The translations under genes were made by a program, and so were the position numbers. Under the pieces are notes generated by a model that saw nothing but the letters and a program-made list of their open reading frames with translations, searched no databases and was not told the DNA's origin. 64,000 nt of DNA from the human T2T-CHM13v2.0 reference genome, Homo sapiens, in assembly GCF_009914755.1 (NCBI RefSeq), contig NC_060933.1. One strand, given 5' to 3'. How positions within the stretch are numbered: the stretch's first letter is position 1; each line of letters opens with the position of its first letter. Positions 43,058 to 57,544 of this stretch are shown here, in pieces.

Positions 43058-45744
43058 CTACCCTTCAAATTTCTCTTACCCATAATCATTCAGCTGAGAT
43101 TTTTCTTATACCATAAATATTTTTCTTGATCATTCTAGTTCTCTCTGAACTCCCTTTCCTTTGGCCAATTACAATGTTTACTTATGAACTTTAAAATGTA
43201 ACACTTAAATACTGTTCCCATTGCTTTGTTTGGTGGTATGTGTTTGTGACACTATCTGTGCCTTGTGAACATTAGTTATATTGTATCACATAAAGGAGAG
43301 AAACACCAATTTTTTCTTCTGTTTCTACTCCTGAAGGTGTCAAACTCCAGGTTAAGCATGCAATGTGTGCTTAAGAGAGACTTGGACAATATTAAGTTTT
43401 TAAGCTTAGAGAAAACCTATTTCAACTCCCACATTTTACCCACAAAGAAACTAAAGCTCAGGGAAGAAAGATAGCTTGCAGTGAATTAATAGCAGAGCTT
43501 GACTAGAAGCTAGGACTCCTCAATCCATTTCATTTTCTATATAATTTGTTGTTTGATTTATTTTTCCAATGCCTAGGCATGCCTCAGATCCTCAAAAGTG
43601 TTGCTTACTTAACCCATTGTACTTCCACTTTTGTATAACTTAACAGCTGTATCCCATTGAGATACACCCTTGCTGCCCTTCAGGAAGTTCATTTTAAATT
43701 GATGTGTGAGCTAATTAGTCCACATAGATGCCTCCTTTGTTAAGGAGGTGATGATGGTGTAGCAGAAGGAGCTCTGGGCTTAGAATCTGAAGATTGGCCT
43801 TCAGTTCTCTCTTTGTTCCTTAAAAACTCTGTGAGCTTAGGCTCACTACTTCACTTTTATGAGTCTGTTTCTTCAACAATAAAACAGAGCATAAATATCC
43901 TCATTTAGCAAAACATTGTAAAGTTTAGGTGAGGTAGTATTTACTTTTTGTTAACCTTGATGAGCTATTGAGATATCAAATGTAGTCCTTTTCACTAGTA
44001 TTAAAACAATAATAAAATATAAAAGACATGAACATTAGTTAAAGAAGAAACACCCTAATTTTGCTGCATGGGACTTTACTCAGCAGGCTAGAAGCCATCA
44101 TCAATATTGGTGACAATTACATATATCTCTTTCCTCCTCCTTATGTGTGAAAGACCCATAACTTAAACATTTGCTGATATTCAGCACAAAAACAAATAGC
44201 AAAGCAACCCTGGGTGTGATGTATTTCAACAGCATAGCTTAGACTTGCCACCGTTCTGTTAAATTATGAATATCTATTACTTGATGAAGTCAATGCTTTC
44301 ATTTGGAATAAGAAAGGAGGGAGGCAAAGAGGTTGCAGTTAGGGAAGAAAAAAACACAAAAGGATGCAGTTGCTATAGCGATTAACAATGGGTATCCTTT
44401 TGGCGGGGTTTAGAGATGCTGATGCAGCTAAAACAAATGTTTGTGTTTGGCCACATTGGAGACGGTGACGGATTATGGAGCCTTGGCCTTGAGCCTTGAT
44501 GTAATCCAGTTCTAAATAAATCATAAATCTAAATGCAGACTGGTAAGGCAGGAAGAATACCAATTCAGGCTAGGTGGTAGCAAGCTAGCAATAGTGACCA
44601 GGATTGATTATGGGGTGTGAAGTAGGGAGGGATAGCAGGAGGGGGACCATGACTAGCCTGCAGGGATGTACTTCTTTCTCTTCTAGCCTTAGCCAACTCC
44701 CAACTGAGCTGCCAGACCTCAGTAGTGTGAATGTGAGATCACTGCTGAATTAGCCACAAGGCCAGACATTCTGCTGCCTCCTAAATTTTCTTGGATGAAA
44801 AGATTTTTCATCACGAAAGGTGCTGAATTGCTAATGTTTGGGCTAGTTTCATGATTTCCTCACTTGGAAGGAACCAAAAGTCAGTCTGAGTTTTTCACAG
44901 GCATAAAGGATGCTAGGAGTATGAGAAGATGCTACAGTGAAAGCACTTAGATGTGGGTAACCATTTACTTATGTAAAGACGGAAAAAAGACAATTGTTCA
45001 TATGTAATGTTGACATTTTTCCTCATATTTTGTTTCCTAAGAAAAAAAGGCAATGAGTACAGGGTAAAATGAAAAACAAAAATACTAGCTCTATTTACAC
45101 TGGAAAGAACAAGGCTTCTCTTGGGAGAGAAGGAAGGATCTAGTAAAATGTGTGGAGGGATTGAGAACAATATAAGCATTCATGAGCAGTGAGTATGAAA
45201 TAAATAGCAGGTTTGGAGAGAGAAAGGAAAGGGTATGTAGCAATTGTTGGAAAAGTTCAAAAACTGGTATTTCTTAATTCACACCTTCATTTCAAGTATT
45301 ACAAATGACCATAAAATAAGGTATACACTTCATTTTTAAGATGTCAGATCAACATTTCTTATAAAGATAATATTGTATTAAAATGGAGTAATAAAATATT
45401 ATTTGTGTTCATTATGGAAAACTCATCTTGGATTTAGGATAAAAAGTGAAATGCTCAGCTTCAACTCAACTCAAATCCTCATCTTGAAATGGAGCTAAGA
45501 ATGTGTTTTCATCATGACTGCCAAATTGGTGGTCATATGGCACATGGGATACATATTGATCCAATATGAGCCACAGTGGTCCTGGAGTGATCTTCAGATG
45601 TGACCATGTGCCATAGGTCCATCAATGGACCATTAGGTTCAGAGGAACACTGTAGACGACTTGAGGTCACCATTATGTTCTTTGGACAATATAGTTTAAA
45701 AGGGGATGCTCACTAAGCTAAGTAAGTCAAAAGAACATGACTGT

Positions 45745-46175
45745 AGAGCAGCAGAAGGAAAGATAAGATTAGCTCTGCAAAAGATTTATTGGAGGAGAAA
45801 TGTCTAAGGGTAAAGGGGAGGAAGCAGGAGAAGGCAGGGAGACCTTTCCAATTGTGATGGCAGGTCTGACACCAGAGAAGAAGACAAAGAAAGAAGGATT
45901 TGGAGGATTGGGTAAGAATAGTCTCAAATTAGGTGACTTAAGGAGGTTCCAAGAAGGGCCAAATCACCTGTTAGAGGAGTCCTGCTATGCACAGAAATGG
46001 ACTCTGCATTAGCCCCTTCATTGTCCTCAGTCATCGGCTGGGAGCATCCCATGAAAAGCGTGGCCTCAGAGGTGCTGGAGATTCATTAGAGCAACCACTG
46101 GGGCTATCTGTCAACATTGCTTCTCCACTCCCACTTCTGCAGGAGATTTGAGCCATGCAATTCCATGGCTACTGC
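45745..46175 (-). mobile_element. LTR16-type ERVL LTR
   Basis: gcaaaagatttattggagg...gcaggtctgacacc...tcagtcatcggctgggagca; approximate bounds. Confidence 0.5.
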
Positions 46176-48559
46176 AGTAAATTTTAGGCTAGATGTGTCT
46201 ATTGTTTTAACCTGGTTCCTATGGATGTTCAATATCTGAAAGAATTACAAATCTTTCTCAAAAGAAAGAGGTAGTCAGTAGAAGACATCATGGATTAATT
46301 CAAGGCTTTTTCCTGGAACACATTTTTAAGACAAAATCCCTGAGAATTAAGCTCCAGCTCCGTGGTGCTCCATCACGCACATTGTAGAATCTGTGTTACA
46401 GGCATTTTATGTGAATTTGAATTCCACAAATTAGACATACGGTCATATAAAGTATCAATAAGTCTCACTTTATGCACAATATTTAACACTCTGTGACTCA
46501 CCCAAATTAAAAACAATTCATCAAGAATTTCATAATTTGAAAGTTGGCTCAATGAATTATAAACTGTCTTTGAGAGAGCCACAGAGCAGCATGACTTCAG
46601 CTGTTAAATAGGAAGACCTGATAGCCTGTGTCAGGATTAATCTTTAATTACATGATGTTTGTAAAGTTATGATTCTTGTACCAAAATAACCCTGAGTCTA
46701 TTATTACTCTAAGAAACTTGACAATGTGCAGGGAACATGATAATGACAATGTGGGAATAAAAAAACAAGCAAATGAAACATTGAGTTGTGTGTAAGCTTG
46801 CAGTGAACCAAGAGGTGCAGGGAAGAGGAGAGATGTTGGCAATTAAGAGTCAATAGCGTCCTGGATTAGGATTTATTTATGCACTTTTTGCAACCTATTT
46901 TGCTGGTGAACTGCCTGACTGAACCTCCTAGAAATAGTGAACAGGGGCTGAAATGTGTGTGTTTAGTTGATATCTGCACATTGACAGAAAAGTAACTTAC
47001 AAGATGCATTCTCTTCCAGACTGGAGGGAGATCTGTAGCTGGTAATTGGGCAGCAGGTGATGGAAGATGGCTTGGAGGATCAGAAACTCCTTAGATCAAG
47101 TCAGTGTAGTAGCAATTTATAGCGAAGAGTTAAAAAACTATTTCAGACTTCACCACCTATATGAGGAGATGACTGAATTCTTGCTGCTACTAAAGCCAAT
47201 TAGATAAAGGGGAAAAAGGAAAAAAAGGTGACCATAATGTTTCCCTGGGAACAAATCAAATAGCAAAACTCAGACTAAAACTCTAGGTAAGACGCGAGAA
47301 TATGAGGTGCTAAGGGCATGTGACAGCCTCCTGAATTTGGATCCTGCAAAGCGTGGCCCAGGTAGGCACAGGTAAGTGGTTTCAACTCCAAAAGTGGATG
47401 CTTCAGGGACAGCCAGATGCTGCACCTCCTAAGTTGCTTCCACTATGATAAAATCAGTCCCAAGGGATGATGCTCCTTGGTCAACTTTAGGCCCCAGCAT
47501 GGAAAAGACAATGTCAAAGACAAACTAAAGATGAAGAGAAACATCAAGACAGGCACTCTGACCATGGGGCAACAAACTCGATAGATATTCCGTTATTTTT
47601 TTCTTTCTTAGGAGGAAAAGAACCAGGATTGGGAGGTCACAGAACCTGAAATCAGCATGATTGCCTCTGTGGACTTCGGTTTCAGTTACTCACACCTGGG
47701 CTTTTTAGAAGTAATTTGAATGGATACAGTCAAAGCTCAGCCTCTAGAAGATCCCAAATGACCCCACTGTAGGAGTATGAGAAGAACGTTCAGGAAGAAG
47801 GGGTTCAGGTGGTAGATGATAAGAATCTACAGGTGGCACAATAGACATATTACCTTCTTTGGTGGAGTCTGTAAAGACATTACTAAAGTTTAATAATAAA
47901 GCATGAATATTCAGACCCTTCTTTTCTGCCTTCTAAGAGTTAATGAGTGAAATGTTGAATTGGAGGAAGAAGAAACATTCATTGACTTGTTTTAAACAAG
48001 AAAGAGAGGAGAGGTGCTCTTAACATAAAATGATAGACTCATAAGAGAGTGGGAAAGTTTGGCATGGGCTGGAGTTTGAAGACATTGGGGCTTTTGAAAA
48101 GAATATTTATTGGGCAGCCATCATTAATTTGAAGTCTAAGGTAAATACACTTTGAAAAATGATTTTAAGTAGTTACTCTTTTCCTTAGTATCGTGTTTGG
48201 CAAATTTTTATTTTTTTTGAAACTTAATTGTAGATTTAAATAGCCTTTTAAATTTTCAAATATTGGTTCATATTAAATTAGAATTTCTTCTGAATGTGAC
48301 ACTGGACAGAGGCAAACCCTAGAGTGTTCCAGCTTTGTCTTGGTTATGCTGGCATAGTGTACAGTTAAGCATCTATTTTTTTCTAGTACAAATTGTATTA
48401 AAGTATAAATTATCCAAATTTTATTCCTAACTGTAAATGTCCACTCTACATCAAGAGAAAGCCAAAATATTAGAGAAGCATGTCAGCTGTATAATGCCTC
48501 AGAAAGAGGATTGCAATGGAAATTGCAGGAGTTACCAGGGATTTAAAATTAGAGCATCT

Positions 48560-48800
48560 GGATTGGAAAGAGTATTGTAAAATCATAAGTTCAACCATCC
48601 AGCCAGTCAGAACTCTGCAATGTGCATAACAGATGGCCACCTATCTTTGTTGGAACCCTTCCAGGGATGGAGAGATCTTCACCAGGATAGCCAATTCTGT
48701 GTTTGGATGATTCTTATCATTATAATGCTTCTTGTATTTAACCCAAATCTTCAGTCTGACTTACAATTGTCGATCTTTTTTTGTACCCTTTGGGTTCAGT
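48560..48800 (-). mobile_element. CR1/L3 fragment (MIR follows at ~48830-49020)
   Basis: cagatggccacc...ccttccagggatggagagatcttcacc...gccaattctgtgtttggatg. Confidence 0.55.
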
Positions 48801-51800
48801 AGAACCTGGCTAAGAAGAGAAGCCCTAATGTTTACTAGCTGTTGACTTAGGAAAAATTCTTAATGTAAATGAGAATCAATTCATGCACCTGTATAATGGA
48901 CATAATAACTCCCAAATCATAGGTTTATATTAAAGATGAATAAAATAATGTATAGTCTGGATTCAACACAGTGCCTTGTACATAGTATGTTCCTAAAAAT
49001 GTTAGACTATACCAATGTTACTAGTGAAACTAAATCAATGAAAGTCAAGATAGAGGCCAAAGCATTTCAGGTAATCTTGTTAGGATTTGCCATTCTGGTG
49101 TTATATTGCTTCAAGCAATGTTTCTCCATCTTGAAATGAGTCTGTCCCTCTCATCTCTGATTGTAGGTATATATGGCCTTGACTTAGCAATCTGACTCTG
49201 AACACTTGTGCTCCCAAGCTTGCTCTCTTTGTATTGTATATTTCAACACACCAATTCTGATCTCTTTGTACTGTATATTCTAACACTGCAATCCAGACTC
49301 AAGCCTGGTTAAGTGGACCACTGCTCTCTGGCTCCACCCTATGCCTGGGTAGGACATGGACAATCACAGTTATGGGTGATCACTGAGATGGGCTGTCCTT
49401 TCACTTACGGTAAATGTTAGGAATTCTGTAGTGCACTTTTCATGTTCTTCAAAGATAGGTCTTTGAATGTGTCCCTCTTAAATATAATAAAAGGTCAAAT
49501 TTTTAATTTACCTCATGGAAACTAGGGCTCAGATGCTTCTGGGAGAAGACTTAGGCAGCACCCAAATATCTATATATTTATTTCTATCCAAAGAGCTGCA
49601 TGGGTCTTTTTTGTTTGAGAGTCAAAGGAAACAAGGAAGGGGTAGCTGTTCTATTACAAGGAGTATTGTCAGTAAACAGCCTCCATCTGACATCTTCAGG
49701 GTCTGTCTCAACTGCAGAAATCTACTTTGATGAGGTCATGCCCTTCCTGGGGATACTACATACAGTGACTCACCCAGGCAGGGATGTAATTTCCTGACCA
49801 TGCAGGTCCAATGTAGAAAGTCTGATAAGCAACATTCACTTTGCTCTTTGCCACATCAGTAGATGCACAGTTGGGCCTACATTGGGGTTTACCTTCTTCC
49901 TCTGCACAATTCTGCTTATACCCTCTTGCTTTCACAGGTGTTGATTTCCAAGAAAGATCTTGTTCTTCAAACTCTGTTACAGCGTCTTCTCTGGAGAAGT
50001 CAACAGTGAGATGGGCTAAATGAAGAAGGAGCAGCTTATTGTCTTTGTTGGTTTTCTTTATTTTCCTTCGAAGCATCTGGGGGAAGAGGAAGACAATGGA
50101 TGAGATGGCGTATGTTCTTTCCGCCCTGTGAATGAATCAGATTTGAACTCCTAAGCAAAATAGAAAATGCAGAAATGGTGCTCAGGCAAAACCTGAGAGA
50201 CACCGGGCTCAAGCGACTCTCCTCTGAAGTCCATCTGATAAAGTCTGAATTATGGATAAGTCCTTTCCCCCTCAATAGTCTACTGCTTACTAAAGTGTAG
50301 CTCAATGACTCTGTGGGCTTGGGTAATCAGCAGGTAAGCATAGCTATGCCCAATGAAGCAGGGGCTGTGAGAAGAAGCCTTGAAGAGTACCTAAAGTAGA
50401 AAATAAGTGAACTTTCTCCTAAGCCCATAGGAAACATCACTATCCTGCTGAAGGCAGGGCAGAGAGAACACAGCAGAGTAGGCTCAGAATAACTGGGATT
50501 TGGGCACTGATATTAATGTCACCATATCTACACTTATTGATTGTTGAGATTATACATTTGGCTTGAAACCACAGGAACTAATATACTCTAAATATAAGCT
50601 GAGAAAAATTAAAAATAACCACAACTACAACAGTAGAAAGAGAAAATATATGAATGCCAAGAATCTAATGTGTAAATTAACTACAAGGGTTTAGAAGTTT
50701 TGGGCATCTCCCTGGGGATTAGCTGTGCTCAGTCTCCCCTCCAGGAAATCATTTACAACTCTATGTCTGTTACCCCAAAATGACTTAAATGAAGTTTAGG
50801 ATAAGACAGAGACAAGTTCAGAACAAGACATGGGTGAGGTTCAGAAGAATGAAATTGAAATTATATGAATTTCCAATTGTTAGAGATGCATGAGTGAGAT
50901 ACAGGTTTTCAAGTGTTGTGATGTCATACCATAAAATGATTATAAACATTTAGGAAACAATCTCTCCTGTGGAATCAGGAATCATTACTAAATATCACAA
51001 TTATAGTGGAGACGCTGAAGAAGTCAATATATGTGTTCTGAAAAACTTGATTAAATAAACTTCAAGGACACAGAGAAAGGCGCTGTGATCTGTTCTCTGC
51101 AAAGGGCCTGATATATTTAGATTTTCATTAAGATGGGCTGAAACACAAAATGTCTTCAGTTATCCAGGAAATGTAATTAACCACTTCTTAAGATTTCTAC
51201 TTAATCAATGCTATTTTTCCCCATATTTGGTTAATTGAACTGTCTGCCTCCACTATAGTCTGAGGTATGTGGCTAATTTTGGCCAGCAATATCAAGGACA
51301 TGAAACTCAAGGTAATTTTTTTCCCTCCAAAATAGCCTCTATATTTTCGCTGTAAATCCTTATCCTATTCTCTGTGAAATAAGCCTTCAATTAACAGCCA
51401 TAATTAAATAATATATTTAAAAATTAAGATAAAATATGCTGAAGTAGTGAGCATTACTTAGAAATGGTATGAAAATAATTTGCAGTCAGAACAACCTAAA
51501 TTTGAATTCTTGCTCTTTCAAGTTATAGCTAATCTTGGGCAAGCTATTTCTCAGTTTCTTCCTCTGTCGAATGGAGCTAATATTAATTTCTGCTTAATAG
51601 TGTTCTTGTGAGACTACAGGTAATGTTTGGATAGCATCAGTCATAGAGTAGACATATAATAAAATGTTACTATTTTTATTATTTTCACTATTATTATTAC
51701 CATTTTTATTGTTAGTCTTTTAAACTGCAGGCAAATATCAAGAGTATCTCTTAATTGTATGCGTATAAGATGATCTTACATATCTCAAGGACTATTGGTA

Positions 51801-51826
51801 TGTCCATGTTTTAAAAGTATATTATC

Positions 51827-52191
<365 letters not shown>

Positions 52192-53095
52192 TCAAGCTGC
52201 TCAGTATGTCCTTGATAAATTCTGTGCTGATCCTACTTTGAGCATTTCTGTGGACTTCGCTGCAAGGACCCTGGTCCTTTGAGATATTTGTTTTAGGAAG
52301 TACTGCCATTTCCATCTCTAGCTGGGTTATGACGACTATATAGCCAACGTTTCTCTCCTAGATGCTAGCACTGCTATAATTAAGTAAAGAAAGGAAAGTT
52401 CCTTTGTTCTTCACCCAGCAGGTTACTTGACAGCCTTCTAAGTGCCAAGCGCTCTGCTGGTTGTTGGAGACACACCAATTGCCCTCAAAGAATGCACAGA
52501 CGAATGTAGGATAGGATTCAACAACAACAACAAAACCCTTGCATTTTAAAAGACAGAGTTTGGTCCTCCAGTATAACTTAGGGTTTGCTTTTATTAGGTG
52601 CTTGATTTGGGGCAAGTAATTTGACTGGTCCCATACTCACTTTTCTCACGTTTAAAATTAGCACCTACCACAGCAGTCAGGAGGACCACATAAGCTAATG
52701 TGAATATAGTGCGTATAGCAGTGTTTTGTGCATACTAAGAATGTAGTAAATACTAATAGCAGTAGTAATAATTAAAATGATTATTATACCAATAATTATT
52801 AGTTTTACTATTTGTTCAAAATATTTCAAACAGAACAGGAATGGGGAAGGGTATCAAATATTGAGGCAGGAGAAGTAAACAAAGGCTGGATTATGAAGGG
52901 TTTCATGGAGCCCAAAGGGTAGATGGAGGATTATGATAGAGTTTTACAAAGAGGAGTTTTGAACAGTAGAAAACAACTTAGCCTTCTACTTCTGACAGAT
53001 TATTTGCCCCTTGGGTGGGATGTAAGTGCCTGCAAGTTCAGGATTGGTCCATTCTCATGACCCACAGGTGTCTTCCTCCTTGATGTGTCATGAAA

Positions 53096-53613
53096 AATTA
53101 AAATGAGGACAGTTCAGTCAACAGAGTGTCTGTGAAATTAATGAACCCCTTTGCCTTCAACACCTGGTAATTATATCTTTCAATTAAATTAACTCTCTAG
53201 CTGTCTACAATCTTATAAATTAACTCACAGTCTTATATCTTTCTAAGCAGCCAGATCTTTTCACAACTCAAACCTGAGGGGCCAGAGATACAAAGCAGGG
53301 TCAGGGAAGGCAAATGAAAGGACCTCATTCACTTTTCTGCTTGTCACAGAAAAACTTGAGTCTCTACTTTCTCAGCTTGGTCACTAGAGCCAAAAAGGTA
53401 TGTTTTTGTGTCACTGATGATCTATTTGGTCTGTATTTGAGCATATCTCATGGCTCACTGGAAAGGGAGAATTGAACTAGTAAAGTCTGCTGTTGAGTAT
53501 TACTCATATAAATTCATTCATTCACTCACTCATTTATTCAATTCTTGAGAACAAGGAAATCTAGAGATAAAAAAAATTGTCACTCTGTTGACTGAACTGT
53601 CCTCATTTTAATT
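53096..53613. repeat. Perfect 33-bp inverted repeat with a 452-bp spacer
   Basis: aattaaaatgaggacagttcagtcaacagagtg (53096-53128) is the exact reverse complement of cactctgttgactgaactgtcctcattttaatt (53581-53613). Confidence 0.97.
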
Positions 53614-53689
53614 CTTTGAGGCACTGATGATCTCTGAAGTGAGCGAAAAATACAAACTGGTTAAAAATCAGGAAGTGAACTTGCATATT

Positions 53690-54340
53690 CACCAATTCTT
53701 TCAGCGGATAATTTTTGAGTTCTAAACATGTGGAAAGCACGGAACATTATAATAGGGGAAGTACAGGAAGATATAGGACAGTGTAGCAGAGGGTTTTCCA
53801 CTGGTCTCGGGCTTAGTGAACCACTCCATAAAGTGACATTTGCTCCAGGACCTGAAGAGTTGAGAGAACAAAAGTGTCTAACAGCGTAGGCAGGGGGAGC
53901 AGGGGAAGTTCATAGAACAGGGAGTTTAGTAGAGCTGGAGCAGAGAGTAAGTTGGAGAGGTAAAATGATGAAATGAGCAGGGTCAGACTATGGAGGGTCT
54001 TGTAATGATGTTTAGGAGTTTTAAGTTTTCTCTTAAAAGCAAAGAGAAGCTGTGTAAGGATATTAAGCTAAGGAGTTTTCATGACCCTTGTGGTCATAGT
54101 ATTTTTCATGTGCTCTTTAAGTGATCACTTTACTTGCAATGTAAGGAAGTGTCTCGAAGGCAATAAAACTGGAAATGGAAAGACAATTTTGAAGATCCTT
54201 GTGCAAGTGCAAGAGGGCTAGGATAGGTACCGAGGAGATAGAGAGAAATGTAGAGATTCACTGAGCAGGTGAATGACTAGAGGTGGCAGGTAGGAAGAGG
54301 AAACTATAAAGATGATGACTGCCTTCCTGGTTTATGTCAC
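53690..54340 (-). mobile_element. L2 fragment
   Basis: agtgacatttgctccaggacctgaag...ggagttttaagttttctcttaaaagc...gatcactttacttgc; approximate bounds. Confidence 0.55.
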
Positions 54341-56757
54341 AGAGCAGCTGCAAAATATTTTAACTTCTACTTCTCTTTGAAAAGCGTCCCCAAAATACAG
54401 GCAACAGAGCCCCGAAGAAGGCAGGTGGCAATTAAAATGTATTGCAGTTCTATCAAATGGATTGTCAGGAGAGACTTCTTTGATAATCTGCAAATAGAAC
54501 CCAAGCATTGAAACTACTGGGTATAGATTTAGTCTTCTTTTTAGGAATATGTAACATAGATGAACAGAAAGGAATAAACCAAAGAATTTTTATGGAAAAT
54601 ATGAATAGTAATTTCATAATTCTTACCTCCTTTTATCACCCTAAGCAATGCTCTAAGCTTGATATACAGATGAGGAAACATTTGAAAAGTTAAAGTGAAT
54701 TGGTGTACACAAGTTTTTAACTTAGCTCTTCCTAATTCGAGTCCCTGGCTCTTTCTAGATGAACACACTTTTCTATCATCAGCCACAAGTATTTAGGTAG
54801 AACTTACTATGTATGCAGATCTGTTAAGACATGTGAAGTTTAGGTTTGTCACAGCCATGGCTTCGTCGATTGATTAGTCTTGAAGCTGAAATGGCAAAAA
54901 TGCCCCCGAGAGAAAATACATTGAAGCAATCAATTATTTCTTTTGTACCTCCTACGACAATGTAAAACAGGCAAGGCTTCTTAGAGTAAGAATTCCAGAG
55001 AGCAGCATGTATGGCCTTCCAATCTCATCCTCTGTACATTGTAATGTCATTTGTTCATAGTGCTGGGACATTCTACTTGCTGTGGCTTTTCCTAGCACTC
55101 ATGAACTAGCACCGAGAAATGTGATCTCTAGGCTTCAGACCCCAAGATCATTCCCCTTGTCTCCAGAACCTCCCTGATATTTTTCATTACTACTTAACTC
55201 TCAGAATTGTCTGAGCTCTGGTTTTCCTATCTGGTCTGCGTCTCAGGAGAAAAAATTGCAACTCAAGTTTATTGACCTTGTCAATTTATACAAGGAACTC
55301 AAAAAATGTTTTTATTGGACATTATATAACTGAACACTTATTGGAGCAAAAGTGTGGAAGTCCAGACCCAGGGCTGTGTTCTATCTAGGTTAAACATGAC
55401 AGAATGACACAGAAAGTAATGTGGGTAAATAAAAACAAATGATAAATCTACAATCATCTTTAAAATCAAAGGCTAAATCCCAGCTGTCCTACTTCTTAAC
55501 CCTAAGACCATAGCCTATTTATCTAACTTCTCTGAGTCTCGGTTTTCCTATCTGTGAAATGGGATTATTAAAGAGGACTCAGTAAAAACAACGCATGTGA
55601 AGCTTCTGGCACAAAACCTAGCACAATGATAGGAAGCTGTTTTACTCACGTTAATCCATACATTGATTTTGTTGTCTCTGCTATCCAGAATCCACCCCTA
55701 TTTGCTCTCAACAATTAATTTGTGAATTACAGCAACTATGGTTGTTTAATTATATCATTTTATTGACTTTTTCAGTTTAATAATATAATGATATACTTGG
55801 CTAACATTCGAATATCTACTTTGTACCATGCACTGAATTTAATGTTTCACATGCATCTATCGCTAGGGATGATTACAATATTCAGATGATGCATAACTGT
55901 TGTTATTGCCCACCCACTTCTTTTTGAAGATGAGGAAACTGGAGCTCACACATGTTGAATTATCTAAGATTGCAACATTTTAAAAATCCAGAAAATGGAA
56001 TTAAAAGCCATGGCTGCTTTACTTAGTAACCTTACACTATACAAACTATTACTAGTTTATAATATTATTTAAAATAATTTCACAGGTCTTTCCCCTAATT
56101 TGGACTTTTTTCTTTTAATTGGAGATTCAATATCTTCAGTGCAAATCAATAAGCACTCTGGAGAATACATCAATGAGACTATTGTGAGGGTACATCTTGT
56201 GTACGCTTGTGAGGGTCTTTCCTAAGCAGGAGGAGATGGCTGTATAAAAGGATTACTGTTACTTATTTCTATATTTTTCCTAAAGAAAAGCAGGAACTAC
56301 ATTAATTCTAGATTGAGATCAGAAACTACTTACCTTACAGGACACGTGTTGTGTGCAGCCACAGGTTTCAGAAGCAGATGGCATGTGCTAAAGAGTGTAT
56401 GTATGAATTAGCTCTGGGAATAACTTCTGCTCCAGGTATAAAAGAAATTAGGAGGAGAGCCAAATTAAAATTGGGCAATAGGCCTATGCAGAGTGGTACT
56501 TTTATATCTCCTTTTCCTATTGTGTGTATGTGTGTGTGTAGAGTGCGTGTGTCTGCATGTACTGAAAGCACACAAACACAAATAGACCCCTACCTGTAGG
56601 TTTTATACATTTACATTGTACTCCAGAAAAATAAAAATGATTTTTTTTTCTTGACATTTACAGTCTCAGATTAACAGACGTGTGTAGGATTTCAGTCCCA
56701 TTTGAATACACCCGATGGATGTACGACCTTGAGAAATTTACTTAACACTTCCAGGTC

Positions 56758-57096
<339 letters not shown>

Positions 57097-57120
57097 TCAC
57101 CTAAAAACAAAGCCATTGAG

Positions 57121-57329
57121 CATAAGAAGAACATAATGGACTTTGGGGACTCAGGAGGAAAGTGTGGGAAGGGGATGAGGGATAAAAGACGACAAATATG
57201 GTGCTGTGTATACTGCTCTGGTGATGGGTGCACCAAAATCTCACAAATCACCACAAAAGAACTTACTCATGTAACCAAATACCACCTGTTTCCCAATAAC
57301 CTATGGAAATAAAAAAAATTTTAAAAAAA
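57121..57329 (+). mobile_element. 5'-truncated L1PB1-type 3' end
   Basis: atggactttggggactc...gggtgcaccaaaatctcacaaatcacc...ataacctatggaaataaaa; perfect 13-bp TSD caaagccattgag (57108-57120 and 57331-57343). Confidence 0.9.
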
Positions 57330-57544
57330 CCAAAGCCATTGAGTAAGATATTTGCTTTCATTTACATCTAATATTCAGAGTAAAAGAGTCTATAAACCGA
57401 ATACTACCTAACACTGCAGAATTAAACTATGTTCACGTAACTAATCTTCAACATTCCCTAATCCTCCATCCTACAAACAACACTCCTGTCCATGTAGCTT
57501 AACAATATTGGCTGAATTAATTATCAGAAGATAGTATAGTATGC

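Noticed and set aside
46355-46372. Partial REST/RE1 motif (TCCGTGGTGCT)
   Set aside because: Only the 11-bp core matches; both flanks deviate from the RE1 consensus.
53412-53640. TGATGA/CTGA motifs suggesting a C/D-box snoRNA
   Set aside because: The spacing and terminal stem do not fit a C/D snoRNA, and no guide complementarity is recognisable.
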